From an uncultured Thermoleophilia bacterium (GTDB lineage Bacteria; Actinomycetota; Thermoleophilia; UBA2241), in assembly GCA_963699725.1 (NCBI GenBank), contig CAVOVA010000027.1:170066-234065 (forward strand): a DNA stretch of 64,000 nucleotides, read 5' to 3'. Made by a program: the position numbers and the translations under genes. Below the pieces are notes generated by a model. That model searched no databases, was not told the origin of the DNA, and was given only the letters and a program-made list of their open reading frames with translations. Shown here in pieces: positions 57,118 through 64,000 of the stretch. Numbering within the stretch: position 1 is the stretch's first letter; every line of letters begins with the position of its first letter.

Positions 57118-57163
57118 GATTTCGCTATCTGTACGTATAGCAAGCGAATCTGGTCCGCGTCAA
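57118..57163 (-). promoter_or_regulatory. Putative mttB promoter with overlapping inverted repeat (operator candidate)
   Basis: TTGACG-18 bp-TATACG on minus strand; gctat-N8-atagc palindrome at 57124-57141. Confidence 0.45.
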
Positions 57164-57187
57164 GCACCCCGTGGTACTCTCGGCAGG

Positions 57188-57865
57188 ATGGCCCGATCGA
57201 GACCGACAACCAGGCCGGCGACGAGCGCCGGACCGCGTCCCAACAAGCGTCAGCTGAGCGCTGCCGCGTCGAAGGAGAAGCTGATCGAGGCCACGATCCT
57301 CTGCATGGCCAACTACGGCCCCGCCGGCGTATCGATAGAGAAGATCACCGACGCCGCCGGGGTCTCCCGGGGTCTCGTCCGGCACCACTTCGGCAGCAAG
57401 CGGCGGCTCCTCCTCGAGGCGTTCCAGCGGCTGGCCGACGAGCAGCGGACGGCGTTCGGCGGCGACCTGGCCACGGACGGCGATCCGACGGCGGCGCTGC
57501 GCGCCGCCGTCGCCACGTCGTTCCGCGATGAGCTGGCGGCGCCCGAGCGCTCCCATGCGTGGTTCGGGTTCTGGCAGGCGGCTCTCGGGGACCCGGACCT
57601 GAGAGAGATCAACGAGCGCGTCTACGCGGAGGAGCGCGAGCGGTACAGCGAGCTGTTCAGCGAGGCGGCGCGGCAACAAGGCCTGGACATCGATTCCCGC
57701 GAGGCCGGGACCGGGCTCGTCGCCCTGGCCGACGGGGCCTGGAGCGAGCTGCTGATGGCGGCGGCGGACTTCAGCGTCGACGACGCGCTCGCGCTCTGCG
57801 ACCACTACATCGACATGATCCTGGAGCGGGGCCGCGCGGACCGGGGGCGACCCGCGGGCACCTAG
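57188..57865 (+). CDS. TetR family regulator, BetI-like
   Basis: LI.AT..., I...AGVS.GLV.HHFGSK HTH; W..FW..A and DG.W typical of BetI-type C-domain; divergent from Pyl-mttB. Confidence 0.85.
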   Translation: MARSRPTTRPATSAGPRPNKRQLSAAASKEKLIEATILCMANYGPAGVSIEKITDAAGVSRGLVRHHFGSKRRLLLEAFQRLADEQRTAFGGDLATDGDPTAALRAAVATSFRDELAAPERSHAWFGFWQAALGDPDLREINERVYAEERERYSELFSEAARQQGLDIDSREAGTGLVALADGAWSELLMAAADFSVDDALALCDHYIDMILERGRADRGRPAGT

Positions 57866-57891
57866 GTCGTCCCGGCGCGGGCGCCTGCCGG

Positions 57892-59304
57892 TCAGACTCC
57901 CGGCCGCCCGACCTCCACCTCCGCGAGGATCCGATCGAGGCCGGCCTTCACGTCGTCGGGCAGCTCGAAGGCGCGCGGCGGGGAGCGCAGCTCGGAGACC
58001 CGCGCCCGCAGGCGGTCGAGCAGCGTCTGCGATCCATCGGTCTCCCATGCGTCGTGACGGGTCGTGTCGAAGAGGTCGCTCTGCCAGATCTGGCGGAAGT
58101 GCCCGCGCGTGTAGGTCCGGGCCAGGTGACTTCCGCCCGGCCCCACCGCCTTGATCTCGGCCAGCGCCAGCGCCTCATCGTCCACGGCCAGCGGCGCCAT
58201 GAACGCCTTCGCCCAGCCGAGCAGGTGGTCGCCGAGGACGATCGACTCGTAGCTGCTCTGGAGGCCGCACTCGAGGTAGCCGACGTCGTGCAGCAGCGTC
58301 CCTCGCGAGAGCTTGCCGAGTATCGCCGTGAGCGCGGTCTCGGCGCTCCACTGTTCGTCCAGCACCTTGCTGTCCGTATGCGCCGCGTAGGCGAAGCTGG
58401 GAAGGTCATACCAGCGCGCGAGGTCGGTCTGGGCCTGATGGCCGCGGAAGACGTCGGCGGACGAGTACACCTCGTTCATCGTACGCATGTTCATGGCGCC
58501 GACGCCGACGCCCCAGACGAAGGGCGCGCCGGGCCTCGCGGCCTGGCTGAGCACGAGCCCGGCGAGCACCTCGGCGTTGGCAATCACGATCACCGAAGCG
58601 ATGCTCGCCGGCGCCGTGGTGCCGGCGTTCGGCGCCGGCGCCCAGATGAGCGGGACGCCGAGCCCGGCGCAGGCGACGACCTTGCTGGCGCCGTCCTCGT
58701 CGAAGAGCAACGGCGGCACCGGCATCGCGTAGATGGCGAAGCTGTCGGCCTCGCCGGCCAGCGCCGCCATCTCCTGCATCCTGCCGAGGACGTGGCCGTC
58801 ACGCGGGGCGACGAGGAGGGGCTTGCGCGTGCCGCGCAGCATGGCGTCGACCTGGACGAGGTCGTCGATCGCCTGTGGGGCGTCCTCGGGCAGGCCCATG
58901 CTCATCACGAAGTCGATGTTGGGCAGTACCTCGCAGAGCGCGGCCATGCCCTCGACGTCGGCGCGGCGCACGCGGCGGCGCTCGCCGCTCTCGGGATCGC
59001 GCACGTAGAGGCAGTCCGAGCCGGTGCCGCAGTAGCTGTGGGCGGCGTCGAGCACGAGCGGCTCGGAGTCGCCGCCGCGCGGCTTGATGGTCCAGTCGCG
59101 CGGCGCGGTCTCGAGGGCGGCCTCGACCAGCCCGGCGGGGATGCGCACGCGCGTCCCGTCCACCTGAGCGCCGGCCTTGGCGAAGAGCTCGGCGGCGGGC
59201 GCGTACCTGACCTCGATGCCGGTCTCGGCGAGCACCTCCAAGGTCGCCTCGTGGACGCGCCGGCAGGCGTCCTCGTCCCAGATCGTCAGGCGAGCTGCGT
59301 TCAT
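57892..59304 (-). CDS. MttB-superfamily methyltransferase (non-Pyl) #10
   Basis: Close paralog of #6: ARLT.WD..AC.RVHEATL, GTGSDC, LLHDVGYLE; RBS AAGGAGG. Confidence 0.9.
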   Translation of the reverse strand: MNAARLTIWDEDACRRVHEATLEVLAETGIEVRYAPAAELFAKAGAQVDGTRVRIPAGLVEAALETAPRDWTIKPRGGDSEPLVLDAAHSYCGTGSDCLYVRDPESGERRRVRRADVEGMAALCEVLPNIDFVMSMGLPEDAPQAIDDLVQVDAMLRGTRKPLLVAPRDGHVLGRMQEMAALAGEADSFAIYAMPVPPLLFDEDGASKVVACAGLGVPLIWAPAPNAGTTAPASIASVIVIANAEVLAGLVLSQAARPGAPFVWGVGVGAMNMRTMNEVYSSADVFRGHQAQTDLARWYDLPSFAYAAHTDSKVLDEQWSAETALTAILGKLSRGTLLHDVGYLECGLQSSYESIVLGDHLLGWAKAFMAPLAVDDEALALAEIKAVGPGGSHLARTYTRGHFRQIWQSDLFDTTRHDAWETDGSQTLLDRLRARVSELRSPPRAFELPDDVKAGLDRILAEVEVGRPGV

Positions 59305-59430
59305 GTCGCCCCCCTCCTTCGCTGTCGTGATGGCGGGCCTGCCGTGGCAGACCGAGTGGCGCTCGGCGATGGCGCCGCGCTCTCGTCGCACGGCCGGACG
59401 GGCCGCAGCCGTCGGCTCGAGCGGGCCGTG

Positions 59431-59443
59431 ACTCTACCACCGG
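59431..59443 (-). promoter_or_regulatory. Putative extended -10 promoter upstream of mttB #10
   Basis: CCGGTGGTAGAGT, 12/13 identical to the element at 52039-52051. Confidence 0.4.
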
Positions 59444-59606
59444 ATGCACGGTCACGCCGCCGGCGGCGGCGGCGGGCATCGCCGGCGCACGGCGATGTCC
59501 CGCAACGGTCGGCCACGCTGGAACGAGACGAGGGTGCGACAGCCGCCAGCCTGGCCTGGCACGAACGGCTCCTGCGGACGTCGTGGTCCTCGCGCAACGA
59601 GGAGCA

Positions 59607-60245
59607 TCAGGCCTGTGGCTTCTCCCTGAGGTAGGTGAGCACCATGTCCTCCCAGAGGCGGTAGGCGCCCTTGTGGTCGAACTGCTCCCGGTCGGCGGCG
59701 TACTGCACGGCCAGGCCCTCGACGATGGCGACGCTGAGCGCCGCGAGCTTGTCGAGGTCTGTAGCCCCGCCGGCGCGGCCGCGGATGCCGCCGACAGCGC
59801 GACCGGCCGCGAGCGTCTGGCGGTCGAGCTCCCGCGACTTCGCGTAGTTCGCGGCGAGGTCCTCGCGCAAGCGATCGTCGCGCATGATGTGCGGCAGGAG
59901 CTCGTAGAAGGCGCAGAACCCGCGCCAATCCGCCGAGATCTGCCGCTGTTCGTCGATCAGCGTCCGCACGCGCTCCTCGGGCTTCTCGATGCCCTCGAGA
60001 TGCTCGCGGAGCGCCCTGTCCTCGTTGTCCATCAGCGAATCGATGATCGCGTCGACGAGGCCCTGCTTGCTTCCGAAGTAGTACGCGACGAGAGCCCGGT
60101 ATTCTCCCGACTCCTCTTCGATCGCCTGGAGAGTGAGTTTCGAGTAGCCCCTCTCCGAAAGGATCTTCTTCGCGGCGTCGAGGATGCGGAGTGCCGTCGG
60201 CGACGTGGCGATGTCCCTGCCCTGCTGTCGCACCCGCACTGCCAC
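59607..60245 (-). CDS. TetR family regulator
   Basis: RILDAA...LV.YYFGSK..L; GTG after GGAGG; divergent from aguA. Confidence 0.85.
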   Translation of the reverse strand: MAVRVRQQGRDIATSPTALRILDAAKKILSERGYSKLTLQAIEEESGEYRALVAYYFGSKQGLVDAIIDSLMDNEDRALREHLEGIEKPEERVRTLIDEQRQISADWRGFCAFYELLPHIMRDDRLREDLAANYAKSRELDRQTLAAGRAVGGIRGRAGGATDLDKLAALSVAIVEGLAVQYAADREQFDHKGAYRLWEDMVLTYLREKPQA

Positions 60246-60287
60246 GTGCATCCTCCGATCGGACCCGATAGTGCTTGCGTGCGTGAC

Positions 60288-60307
60288 TTGATTGACCGTA
60301 CAATAAA
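60288..60307. promoter_or_regulatory. AT-rich palindromic TetR operator candidate
   Basis: ttgATTGaccgtaCAATaaa (ATTG-N6-CAAT) between divergent tetR and aguA. Confidence 0.55.
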
Positions 60308-60378
60308 CTCGTCTAGGACCGAATGCAAGGGCCCGCGGCCAGGTTCTCGGCCGCGCGGCCCCACGCGAAGGAGCCGTC

Positions 60379-61452
60379 ATGCCGTCAGCCGCCGATTCCA
60401 GTACCGAAGGCCGTCCGGGGCCGACCCCCTCAGCCCTGGGCTTCCACATGCCCGCTGAATGGGAGCCGCACGAGCGCTGCATCATGGGCTGGCCCACGGA
60501 GCTTCGCCGCGATTCGGTCTGGCACGAGCACTACCTGCTGGCCATGGCGAGCTACGCCGCGGTGGCTCACGCCGTCGCGCGGTTCGAGCCGGTACTCATG
60601 CTCGCGCGCCCAGGCGAGGGCGCGGTCGCGCGCAGCTACTGCGGGGGGGACATCGAGGTCGTCGAGCTGCCGATCGACGACTCGTGGCTGCGTGACAGCG
60701 GCCCGCTCTTCGTCACGAAAGCGGATGGCAAGCTCGCCGCGAGCGACTTCGTCTTCAACTCCTGGGGCGAGAAGTACCTGCCCTACGACAACGACGCCGC
60801 CATCGGCCGACGACTGGCCGACCACTTCGGCGTGGAGCGCTTCGCCGCCCCGATGGTCCTCGAGGGGGGCGGCATCACCGTCGACGGCGAGGGCACGCTG
60901 ATCACCACGGAGAGCTGCCTGCTGCACCCGTCCCGCAATCCCGGCCTCACCAGGGACGAGATGACGCAGGTCCTCAAGGACTACCTCGGCGTCGAGAAGG
61001 TCATCTGGCTCGTCTCGGGACTCGGGCTCGACGAGGACCCGGACACCGACGGGCACGTGGACGGCGTCGGCGCCTTCGTCGGGCCGGGCCGCGTCTTGCT
61101 CCACATGGTGCGCGATCCGCAGCACCCCGACTACGAGAACCTCCTCGAGAACCGTCGCCGCCTGGAGACGATCGACGCGCGCGGTCGCGAGCTCGAGGTG
61201 ATCGAGTTCGACGCGCGCAGCCGCCCGGTGCTCATCGGCGACACGCCGATCGTCGAGACGTACATCAACTCGTACTTCGCCAACGGCGCGCTGATCGTGC
61301 CGACCGGCGGGACCGGGGCGGACGACCTGGCCGCGCTCGACGCGCTGCGCGAGATCGTGCCCGATCGCGAGGTCGTCGGCGTGCCGTGCGCGGTCATCGG
61401 CTATGGCGGTGGCGGCATCCACTGCATCACCCAGCAGGTCCCGCGCACGTAG
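60379..61452 (+). CDS. aguA: Agmatine deiminase / peptidyl-arginine deiminase family
   Basis: MPAEWEPH, DSWLRD.GP, LEGG, DTDGHVD, GGGGIHCITQQ. Confidence 0.9.
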   Translation: MPSAADSSTEGRPGPTPSALGFHMPAEWEPHERCIMGWPTELRRDSVWHEHYLLAMASYAAVAHAVARFEPVLMLARPGEGAVARSYCGGDIEVVELPIDDSWLRDSGPLFVTKADGKLAASDFVFNSWGEKYLPYDNDAAIGRRLADHFGVERFAAPMVLEGGGITVDGEGTLITTESCLLHPSRNPGLTRDEMTQVLKDYLGVEKVIWLVSGLGLDEDPDTDGHVDGVGAFVGPGRVLLHMVRDPQHPDYENLLENRRRLETIDARGRELEVIEFDARSRPVLIGDTPIVETYINSYFANGALIVPTGGTGADDLAALDALREIVPDREVVGVPCAVIGYGGGGIHCITQQVPRT

Positions 61453-61526
61453 ACCCCTTCCGGCCGACCGCGAGGCGGCAGCCGCGCTGGACAAGCGACC
61501 CGCGGCGCGGTGATGCTTGCCGCACG

Positions 61527-62738
61527 ATGAACGTCCAGCACGTCTACGACGATGGTCTCTGCATGCAGTGCGGCACCTGTGAGGGCGTCTGCCCCACGGG
61601 GTCGGTCTCGCTGACCTGGGACCTGCGGGTGGGCTACCGTCTCCGCGTCGACGAGCAGTCCTGCACGGACTGCGGCCGTTGCCACGACGCGTGCCCGGGG
61701 CCCGGCCTCGACTTCTCGCCGGGCGCCTGGTGGCGCGAGCGCAACGAGGGCGCGCCGTTCGAGGACTTCCTCGGCCCCTGGCGCCGGCTTTGGTTCGGTT
61801 GGTCGGCGGACCCGCGGGTGCGGCACGTGGGCGCCTCGGGAGGCGTGGCCACGACGCTCATGCAGGCGGCGCTCGAGACCGGGGCCGTGGACGCCGTGGT
61901 GGCGGTACGGATGCGCGCGGCCAATCCCCTCGAGGCGGAGGGCGCGATCTGCCGGTCGCCCGAGGAGATCGCCGCCTGCCGAGGCTCCAAGTACACCGTG
62001 GTGGCGATCAACACCGTACTGCGGCGGATTCTGGAAGAGCCCGGCCGCTACGCCCTGGTCGGGCTGCCCTGCCATGTCCAGGGGCTGCGCCTGGCGCAGC
62101 GCCACTCCCGGCAGCTGCGCGAGCGCGTGGTGCTCACCCTCGGCATCTACTGCGGCCTCACCCAGGAGCCACGCGCGACCGCCGTACTCGCACGACAGGC
62201 GGGACTGGACCCAGCGGAGCTGAGCGACGTCTCCTACAGAGGTCCGGGCTGGCCGGGCGGCATGCATCTGTCCGACCGGCACGGCACGGTCCGCTGGCGG
62301 GAGTACCCCGACTACATCGACCGCGGGTTCCTGGCTCTCGTACCACCGCGCTGCCGCGTCTGCCCCGATGCACTGGCGGAGCTCGCGGACGTCTCCGTCG
62401 GCGACGCCTGGCTCGACCGGTTCACCGGTTCTGACGGCGTGAGCGACATCATCGCGCGCACGCCCGCCGGCGAGCGTCTGCTCGGGGATGCCGCCGGATC
62501 CCTCGTGCTTCAGACCGCGAGTCCCCGAGAGATGGTCGCGTCCCAGACGGAGACGTACCTCGTGAAGCGGGATGTGTGCCGCGGCAGGCTCTGGCTCCGC
62601 TCACTCGCCGGGCAGCCGGTGCCGGACTACCCGGGTCTCGAACTGTCGGCGTCGGCGAGCGATCGGCTGCGCGGCGTCGCCGACGCGGCGCAGGAGCGCC
62701 TGTTCCGCCTTCTCGTCGACAGGCGCCATCCCGACTGA
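61527..62738 (+). CDS. Coenzyme F420 hydrogenase/dehydrogenase beta-subunit (FrhB) family with N-terminal ferredoxin
   Basis: CMQCGTC...CP, CTDCGRC...CP, ASGG..T, GSKY, VGLPCH, C.VC.D, DVSVGDAW. Confidence 0.82.
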   Translation: MNVQHVYDDGLCMQCGTCEGVCPTGSVSLTWDLRVGYRLRVDEQSCTDCGRCHDACPGPGLDFSPGAWWRERNEGAPFEDFLGPWRRLWFGWSADPRVRHVGASGGVATTLMQAALETGAVDAVVAVRMRAANPLEAEGAICRSPEEIAACRGSKYTVVAINTVLRRILEEPGRYALVGLPCHVQGLRLAQRHSRQLRERVVLTLGIYCGLTQEPRATAVLARQAGLDPAELSDVSYRGPGWPGGMHLSDRHGTVRWREYPDYIDRGFLALVPPRCRVCPDALAELADVSVGDAWLDRFTGSDGVSDIIARTPAGERLLGDAAGSLVLQTASPREMVASQTETYLVKRDVCRGRLWLRSLAGQPVPDYPGLELSASASDRLRGVADAAQERLFRLLVDRRHPD

Positions 62739-62793
62739 TTCGACCGCGCCGACCTTTGACCGCGCGCGGCCGACCGGACCGCCGCGCCGCCGC

Positions 62794-64000
62794 TCAGTCC
62801 ATCTCGTCCCGGCGCCACAGGGTGACGCCCCTCGGCACCGAGATGTTGAGGCAGCGTCGCAGCGAGCGCGAGACCAGGTCGGGCCTCCGGCCCTCGTCCT
62901 CCATCACCTCGCAGCGCTCGATGGCGCTGCGCACGGCGCGGGCGCCTGCCGAGCGGATGGGCTCCGGCGGCAGGTAGGTCGGCGGCTCGGAGACGAGCGG
63001 CGACTGCGCGTAGTCGTCCTCGAGACCCAGGGCGAGCGAGGCCAAGGTGCGGCCGATGAGGTTGGAGGCCGAGACGCCGTTGCCGGAGTAGCCCAGGCCG
63101 TAGTGGACGTTGCGGTACTTGCCGAGGACGCCGACCCAGGGAATGCCGTGCTGGGTGCGGTCCAGGGGCCCGCCCCAGCGCCACTCGACCGCGAGCTCAC
63201 GCGTCGCCGGCAGCAACGCGTGCATGTCGGCGACGATCTCCTCGATCTCGCGGGCATCGTGGTAGTGAGCCGGGATGATGTGGCCGCCGTACCCGAGGCG
63301 GCCGCCGCCGCGACCGAAGACGACGCGGTCGTCGGAGGTGCGCTGCGCGTAGTGCACGGCGGTGCGCCCGTCCCCGAAAGGACGGCCGGCAGCCCAGCCG
63401 AGGCGGTCCAGCGCTTCGGCTGAGCTTGCCGTGGCGACGACATGCGAGGGGATGATGAAGACGGTGCGGCGCAGCTCGGGCACGAGCGCGAGCCGGGCGC
63501 CGGAGGCGAGGACGACCTGGTCCGCGGTCACGCTTCCGGACGGGGTCTTGACGACGGCGGGCAGGGTGCGCTGCAGACCGACCATCGGCGTGGCCTCGTA
63601 GATGCGCACGCCGGCCGCAACTGCCAGCCGGCGCAGGCCCTGGACGAGCAGCGCTGGCTGGACGCTGCCGGCCTGCAGAATGAGCACTCCGGCCTGCGCC
63701 GCGGGCGAGCCCGACATCGCGACGGCCTCGTCCTTGTCCAAGATGCGGAAGAAGTCGTCGTGACCCAGCTCGCGTGCCAGGAGCGCGGGCTCGAGGACGC
63801 CGTCGACCTGGGCCGGGGAGAGCGCCACGGTCAGGCCGCCCGCGAACGAGAGGTCGCAGTCGATGTCGCCGGCACGCACCGTGTCACGGATGTCGTCGAG
63901 GCTGCGCCGGGAGGCGTCGACGAGTCCCAGCGCGGCGTCCCGACCGAACCGGGAGACGAGCTTGGGTAGCACGTCGTCCCAGCCGTTCACCCAGCCGCCG
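62794..64000 (-). CDS. FAD-dependent oxidoreductase (DadA/PuuB-like), 5'-truncated by window edge
   Basis: GSVQP..L..GL, IYE.TP, W.GP.D, GYSGNGV. Confidence 0.8.
   Translation of the reverse strand, partial: GGWVNGWDDVLPKLVSRFGRDAALGLVDASRRSLDDIRDTVRAGDIDCDLSFAGGLTVALSPAQVDGVLEPALLARELGHDDFFRILDKDEAVAMSGSPAAQAGVLILQAGSVQPALLVQGLRRLAVAAGVRIYEATPMVGLQRTLPAVVKTPSGSVTADQVVLASGARLALVPELRRTVFIIPSHVVATASSAEALDRLGWAAGRPFGDGRTAVHYAQRTSDDRVVFGRGGGRLGYGGHIIPAHYHDAREIEEIVADMHALLPATRELAVEWRWGGPLDRTQHGIPWVGVLGKYRNVHYGLGYSGNGVSASNLIGRTLASLALGLEDDYAQSPLVSEPPTYLPPEPIRSAGARAVRSAIERCEVMEDEGRRPDLVSRSLRRCLNISVPRGVTLWRRDEMD

Overview
High-GC (roughly 70%) bacterial chromosomal segment. It is most likely from an anaerobic Actinomycetota lineage (PimA/PimB-type GT4s and UPF0182 alongside IorAB, KamA and corrinoid-dependent enzymes); the taxon is an inference. 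I call 49 CDSs and two tRNAs (Asp-GTC, Val-TAC), and see no mobile element or CRISPR. The main signal is a large N-demethylation toolkit. It has ten MttB-superfamily methyltransferases, one MtbB dimethylamine methyltransferase, an ASKHA/2Fe-2S corrinoid reactivase (RACE type) and six tandem EamA/DMT permeases. One mttB (55628-57100) and the mtbB (52783-54195) are split in the ORF track by an in-frame TAG at the conserved pyrrolysine position, so this organism very probably uses pyrrolysine while TAG still acts as a stop elsewhere. The methyltransferases are interleaved with lysine-fermentation genes (kamA, kat, kce) and with a histidine/aromatic amino-acid module (HutH with an Ala-Cys-Gly motif, HisC-like, IorAB, PaaK-like, cyclodeaminase). 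They also sit beside a Tat-less reductive-dehalogenase-like protein and a cytoplasmic molybdoenzyme. This suggests (inference) an undescribed system for demethylating and then fermenting N-methylated amino acids/betaines. No pylTSBCD, corrinoid protein or MT2 gene lies in the window. All calls come from motif recognition only, with no database search.
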